Below are positions 23,189 to 36,448 of a stretch of DNA of 36,501 nt, in pieces; the first letter of the stretch is position 1; each line of letters opens with the position of its first letter. The DNA comes from Sphaeroforma arctica JP610 (taxonomy: Eukaryota). The notes beneath the pieces are model-generated. The model made no database searches. It saw nothing but the letters and a program-made list of their open reading frames with translations, and was not told where the DNA came from. Location: assembly GCF_001186125.1 (NCBI RefSeq), contig NW_014040557.1, forward strand, positions 3,178 to 39,678, given 5' to 3'. The translations under genes were made by a program, and so were the position numbers.

Positions 23189-26100
23189 ATGTATATGTAT
23201 ATATGTATATGTATCTATATATATATTTATATATATATATATAAAGCAGGCATCATACAGTAGTATTTTTCTGCGTATCCCGGGGTTTTTGCGCTTTTAA
23301 ATAACACTCGTCCAGGCACTCGTCGTGTTTTTCTTTCCTTGTACCCACGTATTGCATTTAAATGCGGCAGAAAGGAAATTCAAATGTATATTGGTGCAGC
23401 TCTTATCACGCCGCCTTTGTGCCTGCGTGTCCAGAAGCAGTCACATGCACGCCTGTGCCCTATGTGTTCTAACGGTACCGTTGTCCTATTAGCTTATCGT
23501 CGTACGTCGGCTTATATCATTCCTAGTCGTTGTTTATGTTGCTAGTGTAACATCAATTTATCCATGCGGACGTTTGACTGACCAAGCTGCTGTCTAAGTC
23601 TTGCACTTGGCGCTATAGCCACTGCATCAACATCTTGGCCAAGAGCGTAGTTGCCGTGTACTGTTAGCGAACTCTGAGCCCAACCCACTACTCATATGGA
23701 ATCTTGCAGAACACATCGCGTACTCATACATCAACATTATCCTCAAGGCACATCTGCATGTGATTTACCTTCCTCTTCGTTCATTTGTTATTCACCGACA
23801 CGATGTGTGTCGTCTCCTCACACACCACACACCTAACCGCCTATCCTGTTTTTTTGTTTTTTTTTTGGTCGCCTGGCTTTGGCTTTGACACGACTGATGC
23901 TACACGCTCGTAGGTAATGACACGGCAAACTTGACAGTCAATGTCTCGTCATACAACGGCAATGGCGCGGGCACCTTTGTGGGTGCCTATAGACATGAGG
24001 CATCTCATGGCTTTTGGTTGCAGGTGTGTGTGTGTGTGCTGATATGCTCTTGTGCTGTGTGATATTTTCGTGGTTCTGGTGGCAAGAATGTGGTTTTACA
24101 GTGCACTCTCCCGTGTGGTTGCTTGCAGGCGAAGGATTGAGGTTGTATAGGGTAGTGTGTGTTCGTGTGTATGTATTCTATTGTATATATCTGTGTTTTT
24201 GTATGCACGTGTATGACTGTGCTTTTGTATTTTCTGTATTACGGTAGACATGCCACAATGCATTGCCCGCATTTTGTATAGCAGACGGTAGCGTTGTGTA
24301 TATTCATGTCAGTGTATCAGTGGTGTTCGCAGCTTTGACCTGGCTGCCAGATAATATCGATAAATTGCACCGCACAACAGGCATGTTGATCCTGCAACGA
24401 GTTTACACATATATCTCAGTATACGAACACTTGTACATAGAGTATATATATGAGAGTATATAAACCGAGTCGCTCGATAGTATGTACATCAGGGCGAATC
24501 CCCGGCTGCTTCTGACCGGCAGATATCAACCAGTATGATAGGCTTCGCACAGAATTATGCGCCTACATATACAACTATACACCCAAACCCATGAACGAAT
24601 ATATACCTTTGTGTGCTAAATCAGGACTTTAACCGATAGATTATTGTTTTGGTTTTGTTGTAGGGTGAAACACAGGTGGCTCCTGGATGGCAGATGCTGA
24701 CTGGCACTATTGGGCGCCGATATAGTCAAGCCATCTTCGCTACGCTCTCCGGAACTCTAGATTGCAGGCCGAAGGGTATGCTTATATGACAGCATGCAAC
24801 TGTAGTTGTTTCGTCAATCTCTATGTATATGTGTGCCTGTACCTGTTATAGGTGTATATAAGTTTATGTTTTCTCTTGATTTTTTTGCTGATGGAGATAC
24901 GGAATTAAAATGGCTTATATGTAAACAGTAATGATATTGATAAATGTAGCCAACGTATCGACTGAACGGTTTCTTGTAACGGAAAACATAAATACAAATT
25001 AGCATGACGGGGAATCTAGGGTACAAGTCTATACATCTTTGTATACAGCCTCTTCATATTTACCGGACTTGTGAAGATTATATTCGGCGCCTAGTTTCCT
25101 TACTTCCGAACAGAGTAACATGACTGTCCTAGGAGTGTTAGCTCTGTTGGGCATCGAAAGTACACGGGTGGCCCTCGCCCACAAACCTATGTATACACCA
25201 TGTTCTCACAGAGATATATCCTCTGCATCCTACACCTTAAAACTCCAAACCCCTAAAATATATACCCCATATGCCTACAGACGTACTTACAAACCATACG
25301 TATATTCATGTGTTTGTAAATATCCAACTTCTCACAACTACAATTTTAATACATGTTCCAGGTATGATTCCAGGATTGCGGGCCATGGTGGGTATGGAGA
25401 TTGAGCCAAACACAATGGGGTATCTGACGTATAAGGCTGGAAAGTCCAGTGCTATGAGTACCACCATTAGCAAACACTACGAGAACGGCACGGTCACGTG
25501 CACTGGACAGGTACGCTGAGCTTTTGAATCATGTGGTTGTAAATTGAATGACTCTCACTGAATTTTGCTTACATAATATATGACAGTGTAAGTATACTCT
25601 GTGTCGTTGCTTGTGTTAAGTGAAGCACTCTGCGAGTACTCTGGCACTGTAGCGACACCACTTTCTCAGATGGCTTACATTCATGCTTCTGATGCGAATT
25701 CAAAGGCATAGAGGTAGAGATGTGTGAACGTATTTGTATGCATTCGTTGTTATATTTCTAGTGTTGATACACATTCGTATGAAGTCGAGTATGTGTATTA
25801 GTACTTACGTTCTTCACATTCTACACGTCTGTCGTCAAGGGGTAGTGTACCGCCCCGCCAAAGGACATATTCGTACTGAACTGTGATGATCACGTGTATA
25901 TCCCGGAACACTTTGCCACTTTGCCAATGGCCTGTGATATACTAGACATATACACACACACAAAGTTCGCCCCATACCTACACATATTTCATGTGCTACC
26001 TCTGAAGCTCTAGCACTTCCTCTCACCCGCACGGATATGCATCATACACCCGTATTCACTGCGCCACCCCTTGATATACTGATCTATTATTATATTAACA

Positions 26101-26980
26101 TATTTTTTTGCCCGTTTTTGTCCCCTCTTGGCTCATATACCCGTATCCACTGTACCAATCCTTAATATACTGCTCTATTATATTGTTTTACTAACATTAA
26201 GTCCTGTCACCTCTCGCTTTCACACAGTTGGGACAGCCCATGTTCCTGTCGTGCAACGCCCTCTACCGCTACAGTGATGACATCAAATATCGTGTTTCAG
26301 GATCGGTGAGTGTGTGATATATACATTCGATGCAGCGTACGTCAATGTTGTCTATTACTATTGGTATTAAGTTCAAGTAGATGGACGGTGTGCTTGCTCT
26401 TGGTGTGTGATATATTTTATGCAAGGGGTTTTTTTGGGTATAACCGTAGATTGACACTGTGCACTTTGGTTCGCAATGATGCACGAGTCTTGGCCCGGTC
26501 TCCATTGTTTTATTCAATCTATAACCGCGGTCGTTTATGCGTCGAGCAAGAACCTGCTCACTTGGTGTCTCTTGATATAACAACATCATGTACGCTATAC
26601 CGTATCGACCTCGGGTTGTCAGAGGCTGACGTTGTGAATCATGCAAACATATATGTTATCCGTCATATGGCATTTCTCTCTCTCTCGCTATCTCTCGCTA
26701 TCTCTCTCTACACGTGTGCACAAAATACTTTATTCCAAGACGGAAAGAAATCGCTCACATCTGCACGAAAATCTTGGTGTTCGATTAGCATCGCATCTGG
26801 CATTTATATACTACTAGACGGTATGATGCTCGGAATAATATGAGACTTCATCCACGTATTTATTTGACTCGCCTGTTGTTCATATGCGTACCGCATATTT
26901 ATCGTTTACTTGGGCTTGCAAACGTTCATATCAGTCGTATGCGGTGTCAACTACATATATATATATATGTGTGTGTGTGC

Positions 26981-27015
<35 letters not shown>

Positions 27016-27101
27016 TCTGAATATATATATTTATATGCATGTCTATGTCTATGTATATGTGTGTATATGTATGTTTGTATATGTATATATGTATGTATAT
27101 G

Positions 27102-27132
<31 letters not shown>

Positions 27133-27481
27133 ATTGTAACATCACTGCTAGGCAAGTTGGTCGATCAACTTGCCCAGCGATAGATATCAGAAAACTGTAT
27201 TCGTGGATTCGATTGTTTAGTTGAGAAAGAAATTTAGACGCATGACTGTGGGTGGGGTTTGCCTATATTGAGAGACCGTGTGGGGACCTTTAACAAGGCA
27301 CACAGGTAGACGGTCTAAAGGCATTATGCTGCACAGCATGTAGCGACGGACCGTATCAGGCCAATACCCAAGGAATTGGCACCCAAGGGCCCAGTTTTGT
27401 GATATCTACAGCTAGACAAGTTGGTCAATTAACATCCCTAGCTGTAGATATCACTGTATATATACATATGTACACACACAT

Positions 27482-27512
<31 letters not shown>

Positions 27513-27549
27513 GCATGCATGCATGTATGTATGTATGTATGTATGTTTG

Positions 27550-27596
<47 letters not shown>

Positions 27597-29085
27597 CCTT
27601 AATTGCAAAAAAAACAATGACCAGTGTCTCCCACTACCCGTACAAGTGTGTAGGAATGAAGAAGAATAGTAGAAATCTATTTGAGCTCAATTGTACAAAC
27701 TAACCAGACTTCCAACTCACTGTGCAGCTGGGCAACAATGGGCTGCAGTTGAGCTACGGATGCCACCGACAGGTCACACGCCTCAACAAACTCGGAGTTA
27801 CCTTGGCCCTGAGTGCTCCTGGTGGAGTCACCCTATCACTCAAGTCAGTCGTTTTGTGTCGTATATTCTATTGCTTATGTCAATCATTAATATCGTATAT
27901 TCCATTGCTTAAGTCAGTCGTTCATCGTATATTTCATTGCATAAGTCAATCATTTATGTCGTATTTTCCAATGCGTATGTCAATCGTTTATATCGTATAT
28001 TCCATTGCTTAAATCAATCGTTTATGTCGTATATTCCATTGCAAGTCAATCGTGTATGTTGTATATTTCATTGCTTAAGTCAATCGTGAGGTCGTATATT
28101 TCATTACTTAAGTCAATCGTCTCTGTCGTATCTTCCATTGCTCAAGATAGGCGTTTGTGTCGTATATTCCATCGCTTACGTCAGTCGGTTATGTCGTATA
28201 TTCCATTGCTTAAGTCAGTCGTTTATGTCGTATATTTAATTTCAATCGTTGCCCGTACACTGCACATCACCATGGCAAGGAATTTATTCCAGCGCGTGCG
28301 CCTCTATATACCTTTACATTGCAATCATGGCTCGTTCACTGCATGAAATGAATGCAAAATTGTGCAAACCATCCTAGTGATATTCTAGTTGTCACCCATC
28401 CTGTCTAATTATTACACTGTGGTGGTCTGATTAAGTACATACTTCTCTCTGTTGTTGTGATAGATAGTAGCCGGTAGTGTTGCATTTGCACCGGATCACT
28501 GCAATCTTAGGAGACCCGTACGGTGCCTCACAAATTAATATGTCTCAATATCTTCTGATATCTACTCTGATCGAATCTTTATCCTTTTTAGTTTGATATT
28601 TCTAACATCTACTTGCCATCTGCCCCTTCTTATTATCTCCTCCATCCACTCCTTTCTGAGTGACCAATGGCTTCCTCTACTCAATCTGGCGCCTCTGTAT
28701 CAAGTGCACCGGCATTGAGCTGTTGTCTGGACTCAATTGATTCCAGAGCATACACTAATCTCTAAGTACACGCGTATACAAACACCACAGATTCAAACGG
28801 TCAAAAACCAACTACATCGTACCGATCCAAATTGCCGATGAAGCGGACGGGTCGATGCTGTGGGGTGCGGCGGTGCCGTTTGTGGCGTTTTATCTGCTGA
28901 ACAAACTGCTTATCGACCCATACCACAAAAACCAAGCGAAACTGCGTAAAATGGAGCTACAGGCGGAACATGCACAGGTACGATTCTAGAAGAGCACACT
29001 CTGTATACATGATAACAAATATGTATGTGTTGTATGGGTTGTTGTGAGTGGTGTAGAGATCATATTGTAAAATGTGTGAATAGAA

Positions 29086-29124
<39 letters not shown>

Positions 29125-29443
29125 TGTGTGTGTGTGTATGTGTGCGGGTGTGTGTGTACTTGTGTATGTATTTATTTATGCATGCATGTTTATTCGTATG
29201 TACGTATGTATGTATGGAAATGTATATGTATAATATATATTTACATATATATATATATATGTGTGTGTGTGTATGTATGTATTTATGTATGTATGTATAT
29301 GTTTGTGTTTATGTTTATGTATTTCTATATACGTGCATGTGTGTATCCATGCGTATGTATGTGTATACTTTTAACTATATGTATGAATGTACCTATGGAT
29401 GTATGTATATATGTATGTATTTCTATCTAGATATATATATGTA

Positions 29444-29476
<33 letters not shown>

Positions 29477-31556
29477 GTACTTATTTATATATACAATTAG
29501 ACACAGATAGATTAGTCACGTATGGTCTGTTTTTTTGTTGTTGTTGGTGTTGTTGTTTCTTCTTTTCACTTGCTTATATTGTTAATGATTTCTGCTTAAA
29601 ATTTGTATCCGACAATTCCTTTTACAATCGTAGGTTATTCGGGAGCGCAAGCGCGAAGCCGAATCCGCTATACGGATAATGAGAGAAAGTGTAGAGAAGA
29701 AAATGGACATCGAGGACAGGAATAAGGTAAACGATTGTGCGACGGCTTATTCTGAGGTTCAGCACTCACTTGCAAGGGTTGCGATGGCACTTTTAAGGGA
29801 TATGGACTTGAGTTTAAATGACATTTATGTCGGAAATTGACGAGTATATAGTATGGGACACTATAGGATTGTTTTGTGTGCTAGGGCTTCCGTATTTGAT
29901 ATTTTGTGATGTTTCATTTAGATCTTGGACTTCTGCTCATCAAACTGGTCATTTTGGTACCTAATTCGTTCTAAAGTGGGGTGCACCAAGGCTTAAACCG
30001 GGCTTACCGGTCTACTAACATTGATTTGCAAACCTCACAAACTGGCCATCAGGGATTCGTCGTGCTCAAAGCGTGGTACGGAGATTTGAAGGCGCCTCTC
30101 GCACAACAGGTGGATGCCGAAAGCCCTGTAGTTATCGATGTTACCATTCCGCTGCAGGCGATGGTCAAGGACTCACAGCTACACCTGCAACAACACTCAA
30201 AGGTGAGTGCTTACATAAGGCCCATTATATGGCCTTGCACATGTACATAAGGCCCATTCCTTGCACATGTAGCGGACGCTACACGCGCCTGTGGTTTAAC
30301 ACGTGTCAGACACTCGCTTCAACGCGAGCCCGCGTTCTGTTTTCGTGTGATTTGTTTTTAGGTCATCCGTTATGCAAACTCCCCAAGTTGGAGTCATGCG
30401 ATGCAGATGTCTATGCACGGTTTGTTATAGAACAACTCAAGCGGTACAGCACCTTTAGGGCACTTGTGATAGATTAGAATGCCTATTCTGTGCGTATTGG
30501 ATTACTTGCGACTATAATTTGGTACTATAGAAATCTCAGAACAATGCCCAGCTGAAAAGATTATTAAAGTCATTTACACAAAGATATACAACCACTTCCG
30601 CGTCCTTAAGCGAGTAGTAAGGTACGCAATAAAACCAAGTGCTTGTATACACCACCGTCGGATCCTCTGTCCCGCGCCGTTTCCAGAGTTGCAATATCTA
30701 ATCTTTCTCTCTCAAATACACTTCCTCAGTCCGGTCTGATTGGATTCTATGACTGCTGTATGGGAGAGGATAAGCAGCTGCGCGTGCAATACCGGTTCAA
30801 GGGCCATCTGCACGAAGTCACCATCAATGACGACGAACCACTGAGCTGCCCTAAGCGATGTAGGTGAACAATATCATATTCGCAAACGTGTGTTTTTTGT
30901 GTATGATTTATCATGTATATGCGTACGTGTGTCTGTCTGTGTTCATGGTAGGTTCTTTTGAAACATCTTGCAACTATCCATCTCCGTCTACCGCTACCTA
31001 GTGCCTGCTTGTGTATCGATTCAATACACTACTTAGATAGGTGGCTCGCCCTTTCCTTGACTCGTTGTTTTCCCAAACGATGGCTATCGATATATGCTGT
31101 TTTAAGTCTACACCTACGTATATCGGTCATCGTAGATGCTTCACAGTTCTTGGTGTCTATGGCGCCCGACGAATAGTTCATGGAGCAGTATGTTCGTATG
31201 ACTTTGGCAACTAGACCTATACCTTTAAAACTTAAAAATTGTTTTGTGCGCATGAAGATTCTCCGTTCAATTTGGCGTCGAATTGTGAGAATGGCTTGCT
31301 CGCACATCTATTAATTTTGAAAGGTATTCTACCTTGCCCAATACGTACTGTCTCGTGGCATTTGATTCCCCTTATAAAATGTGGTATATGTGCATCAAGT
31401 TAGATATTTGACATTGAGGCTCAAACTATACATATGTATTCAACGTATTAACGTGCGTTCTTGGTAGTAGCGCCGCTCAAGAGCCAACATATTGTCTCAA
31501 TACTCATGCACTCATTTTCCAACAACTTTGCAGCTCATGCCGTCCGAGCACGATGA
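21236..31556 (+). CDS. DNAJC11: DnaJ homolog subfamily C member 11 (J domain plus DUF3395-type C-terminus), spliced, 554 aa
   Basis: 14 phase-consistent exons: 21236-21398, 21554-21696, 22172-22301, 23031-23111, 23914-24023, 24664-24775, 25362-25510, 26228-26305, 27728-27843, 28791-28977, 29634-29726, 30053-30202, 30730-30859, 31534-31556. J domain with YHPDKH, then AYEVL...[98 protein letters not shown]. Confidence 0.93.
27134..27456. mobile_element. Putative MITE (about 323 bp) with about 65-bp imperfect terminal inverted repeats, TA on both sides, in DNAJC11 intron 8
   Basis: The reverse complement of 27134-27197 aligns with 27392-27456. The right end reads ...gatatcactg|TA. The element is embedded in TA/TG microsatellite and has no coding capacity. 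Confidence 0.55.
27841..28240 (+). repeat. About 34-bp minisatellite, about 12 units, starting at the DNAJC11 exon 9 splice donor
   Basis: Consensus taagtcaRtcgtttatgtcgtatattccattgct; the first unit overlaps the donor AA|GTCAGT at 27843/27844. Confidence 0.88.
29088..29492. repeat. Intronic (TA)n/(TG)n/(TATG)n microsatellite (similar tracts at 1-70, 3936-4090, 23140-23242, 26952-27133, 27457-27597, 36410-36501)
   Basis: Simple repeats seen directly. Confidence 0.9.
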
Positions 31557-33490
31557 TGTAGACCTATTTAGATTCAAGTTAGATTTGGGGAAGTACCAGC
31601 CAAATGACCAGCTGGTAGATTGTTCGGTGGAGCGAAACACACGGAACGGCACATGTATCCTACGGATAGGATGGCCTTCTCGTGGTGGCAGCGTCCCTGC
31701 GTGCAGAAGCACATAAAAATGAGCTTAGAATGTAGTGAATGTATATATATAAATATAGTTTCCTGTATTTCCATCCCGCCAAGTTGTTATCGCTTCACGT
31801 GGCAGTCGTCGTTATCCCTAGCACTTAGGCATAGCACCTATATGTCGTCGGATGTTCGCTGGCGATGCAAAACTTTGAGGCTTGCAAGTCTATATACTGC
31901 AATATCTCTGTTCGGCGCTCATGGTGGGTATTTAATAGTTTCGTGTGGTTCTACATAGTCAGTGTGACAGAGTTCTAGTTTTCACAGTGATTATATGGGA
32001 ATAAGATGCACCTATTTACTTGTCTTAAGTTTAAGTACGCAATACTGCGTGTGGCTGTGTGGCTATGCAGTGGCTCAGACCATGGCCGCTTTGGTTTTTG
32101 GCGATAAATTGAATTTGGTTGGTTACTGGAACAATGTGGCATTTTTAACCCTCGCTTGTGTTTTCTGAATCTCAGAATCTGAGGTCTCTCACTCTCCTTA
32201 TGTAATAGTTGTGATGGAACCTGAAAATCAAAAATCCATGTATATGTCATAATGTCAATGTCTGTCCACTACTTTTTATTTGGCTGCTGGCTACATATAG
32301 TTATTACATAGTACCGACTACCGAGTGGTATTTAGCAGGTACGTATTCATTTACATAGTTTTGGAAAACATCAGTCAATGGACATTTATCCGTATTTAGG
32401 GCATTTTCTTGGTCCTCATAATAAATGCTTAGTTCTTCTATATTTTATATGCGTGTTGCAAGTTTCCTTGCAGAGACCATAGAAAACAAAACATCGATTA
32501 AGAACGCACACTGATTCTCCTTTCGGCACCGCGCAATTACCGTCAAGAGTTGCAGTTGCACGTGTACATACAACTCGACGAACAGATTCCTGTTCCATAT
32601 TAATGGGATCAGATTTGGTACTATATGTTATGGATGAACAGAAGTTGGTACTTGAAGCTCACCCAGAAGTACTACTGTAGTTTCTGGCACGTTTTACTGT
32701 TTAAGTTGTGGACTGTGCGGAGTCTTCCTGTGATTGACGATATGGAACGTGACAATATATAATAAAATATATGTGTACGGGCCGCTGCGATACTTGAACA
32801 ACCGAATTTATTACGGCACACCGATGTGAGTGCAGCCTTCGCTTGCACGTGCATATCGTTGCGCAAATCAGTGCACCCTGAAACCAATCAGCTTGTGCTC
32901 ACATTGAGATTCTACCCGAGGCTAAGTTGGTGCCGAAGTACTTTGCTTAAAATTGTAGACCAAATAGCCTCCATCTCGAACCCTGATCGTCTCCGAATCT
33001 TGGCCGGCTCATACGAATCGTTTTAGCATAAAAGTAAATTGGATTTGACAAATCTGCCAGCCACCTACTTGCAGTTTCTCTGAAATCTTGAAATTCGCAC
33101 AGAAACCTGGAACGAATATTTTATTTCGTATGCAGGCTTGCAGGTGGAGTACGTTCAATAGTAAAGGCAATGGCTAACATAGACGTTCTGTACTAGATCC
33201 GTGATTGCGGAGTGGTCGTTATACAAATCAATGCAATACACCTTCGCATCATCGGACTATGACACTTAAGCCAAACAATCTAAATTAATTGCCTCAGATT
33301 GCGCTGATGATAGTATACATCATAGCAGGATGGAGTGTTAACCACCCACTTCTCACGGGATCATCAAAAAGTCATAGCCCAGCGTGAAATCTCACAGTTG
33401 CACCTTTTCCTGCTCAAATCCATTGGCTTGCATCTAACATTTATATGTATATTCAATCCTACGACTCGGTTCTTACAGTTTTACATCAGC

Positions 33491-33889
33491 TTATTTTCTC
33501 TGTATAAAATCCCATTTGTTCCCATACAGATCCTTGAACACGACCACTGTAGCATACGACTCGACTCTGGGCTCCTCCAGGAACTCCACGCCTTTCTCCT
33601 TCATCTCATGGTAGTCTTCCCAGAAGTTGTCTGTGTTGAGAAACAACATCACACGTCCACCAGCCTGGTTCCCCACACAAGCAAGCTGTTCATCGCCCAC
33701 TGCTTTAGCTAGTAGTAAACACGTACTGGTGTTGGCCTCTGCACCACGTGGGCGTATCACAACCCATCTCTTCTCAGGGCTTAGTGTAGTGTCCTCGACT
33801 AAAGTGAAGCCAAGCTTGTTGATGTAGAAGTCTTTTGCTTCGTCGTAGTCTTTGACGACCAGAGCTACGTTTGCGATCGAGTTCACCAT
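33491..33889 (-). CDS. VOC-family (glyoxalase/bleomycin resistance/extradiol dioxygenase-like) protein, 132 aa, intronless
   Basis: Complete ATG-TAA ORF with VALVVKDYDEAKDFYINKLGFTLVED, KRWVVI, LLLAKA, GNQAGGRVMLFLNTDNFWEDY, GVEFLEEP, YATVVVFKDLYGNKWDFIQ, typical of a small bacterial VOC subfamily. Confidence 0.92.
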   Translation of the reverse strand: MVNSIANVALVVKDYDEAKDFYINKLGFTLVEDTTLSPEKRWVVIRPRGAEANTSTCLLLAKAVGDEQLACVGNQAGGRVMLFLNTDNFWEDYHEMKEKGVEFLEEPRVESYATVVVFKDLYGNKWDFIQRK

Positions 33890-35821
33890 TCTATTGATCT
33901 GTTCTATGTATCTCGCACAAATGTTGTATGTGACGAGGGGGTGCCTAGATAAATATGTCTCTCTCTACGAGTCTGGAGAACGGAAGGTCGGTAGACCATC
34001 GTCCGACGGGCGCTCGAGACGAGTCCGTTAAACGTATTTATTTATTTTTTTAAAACAACAAAACATAAAATATGTATGTAGAGTTGTAGACTTATGACTG
34101 AGTCTTGAGTCTGGGTCTCTGGGACTGGAAGTCTGTCCCGGACTCGTGTCCCACACGTTCCCAGTGATCCCTCTCCCGCCCGACCCGTGTGGCATAGCCT
34201 CCCTCTTAAAATGCTATTATTTTAACCTGGAGGGCAGGCTATGTCTCTGGCAGTCTGGAGTTTGGAACTCTGGTCCCGTGTTCAATTTTTAGGAGGCTAT
34301 GCTGATCCGGTGATGCCCTGGATAAAGAATTAAAGCCTCTCGAAAATGACTTTCTCCATGGCTATCTCTCTCTGGGGGGAAAGACTTGACGGATAGAGTC
34401 TCTCGAAAATATTTAACGTTCTCTCTCTCTCTCTCGCTATTTCTTTATTTACATAGAGGAAGTCAGGAAGGTGTAGTATCTTTTCCACAGAGAATTATAT
34501 TCCTCTGGAAAAACAAGTGTTTCACAATAAACCCCCGGTGAGACTTCCACCAGAGTCATGTTTCTACCTTGAATTCATAACTAAGGCTGCACGTTACAAA
34601 GTATCACGAAGTTCTAAATAAGGTGGCTAATCGCCTCCACGACTGGTTTCCAGGAATTTTATTTTCAGAAATAATCGCTCGTAAGGATTGAGATGTCGCT
34701 TATAGCACACATTTACACATTTTTGTGCTTGTCTGCTAATTTCACTCCGGCGTAGTTTTCCACGAGAGTTTTGATGGCTTTTCTTTACGAACAGTCTAAA
34801 TACACACTGAAATAGAGGAATGATAAAGATGTTTTATGTATTTTGCTGCACTGTCACACATAAGGCAATGTGTTAAATTGTCACATTTATACATCATTGT
34901 CCCAAACACAACCTGGGTACCAGAGGAAGAACGCAATCTACACATTATTCGCACACCCCTCCCGTATTGTACATTTTTAAGTCTAAGAAGATGGATGCCT
35001 CAAACGAAGGCATCTACAGATTGTTTTAAAATTGTGCATGCTTGATTAAAATAATTTCGATAGTCAGAAATCAGGAGACCAAAAAACAACCTAAAACATC
35101 TTTTTGTTGTTGACATTGTTTTCTAGTAAACAACTCACTCCCCTGATGTATATCTCTCACTGATGCGATTATTGCAGTGGTCATAAGTTCAAGAACGGCC
35201 AAATAGCACACACAATCTGCAGTTCGTTTATCGATCGGGACTTGTGCCACACATCGTACTAATCAACAAGGCTGGATCGAGTACACCAAACCTCGATACA
35301 AATTGCCCTGACTGCTCTTCGATTAAATGTGATACTGTACGATATTCACGTTGCTTACATCTCGTAACATTTACCGCTATTAAAGTATGTATATTCAACT
35401 ATGTGATGTGTGGGAAACCAGAATTACATTAATAGTCAAAAGCCCGGAGTTGTCACGAAGCAGGGGCAAAAGCCAAAAGATCATATTTGAAGAAGAAAAA
35501 GATAACAAATCACTATCAGTGCAATCACCTTTCTTTTTTCTTTTTTTTTCAACAAACCCTGAACACATACACATACAACATTCGCTTATATATATATTGT
35601 GAATATTGGTTGTATTTAAATACTAAGCGGTATAGATGCGCTAGTTCAGATCTCCAAACGATTATGTAGGCAGCCCAGTAAGTTCACGATCGGAGCTTGG
35701 GGTGGGTAGTTGAACTCACATGTATACCAAAATGCGCTTGGCAATTTGATCTATATCTTCGGATGCAGTCGGGAGTTCGAGTATATCAATAGTATTTAGA
35801 ACTATCACCTATACATCCAAT

Positions 35822-36222
35822 ATGGCCGACCATCAAGTTAATCCTCCTTCTGGAGAAGAAGTGCGTGATCCCAGCTCCAGTGCGGATAAAGCAGTAGTAC
35901 AAATGCGAACCCAAACGTCGACTGCGAGTGACCTGGTACAAAGTGAAATGCGCAATAGCCCCACCGAAGATCAATCTTGTGGTTTTGGAGATAGACAGAT
36001 GCAACAAGCGCTGCAAGCGTCGGAAGAATCTGTCGATTCTACGCCAGGATCAATGAAAGATCCAATTACAATGTCGGATCATACACTGAAAGAAGTGGGG
36101 CAGAACCCAGCTCCGCAGATATCGGTGAAACCTGCCCCACTTCAAACAGGGCGTAAGAAAGGGCTGAAAGCTGGGTTAAAACTGGATCTCGGGAGTTCGT
36201 CGCGGTTCAATCGAAAAAACAA
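35822..36222 (+). CDS. First coding exon of an unidentified gene continuing beyond the window
   Basis: ATG (atATGG) opens a low-complexity S/Q/E/D-rich ORF that ends at a good donor (AA|GTATGT, 36222/36223), followed by intron-like AT-rich sequence and microsatellite. Confidence 0.65.
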
Positions 36223-36448
36223 GTATGTGCTAGCGTTGTTGTTTTAAAGTGATTTGTATTTTGTTCACTTGTGTCATATATGGATATACAGAAGAATCCT
36301 GATTCATTGTTACTTGTGGAAAGCATCATTTATTTTTGCTCAAGAAGTCAAATCACATACGCCATTTGATTTCTAACTTCTATACATATACTTGTGAGGT
36401 CCAGAAATATACTGTATATGTATATTTATATATATATATATATATAAC

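Noticed and set aside
26269..26843. 125-aa and 177-aa ORFs in DNAJC11 intron 8
   Set aside because: No recognisable homology, and the DNAJC11 model is complete without them.
30212..30271. Small local duplications (also about 8797-8855, 21941-21985, 26042-26185)
   Set aside because: Two-copy intronic slippage duplications with no sign of function.
32416..33026. Short ORFs, possibly a decayed gene or transposon
   Set aside because: Interrupted by stops, with no identifiable motif.
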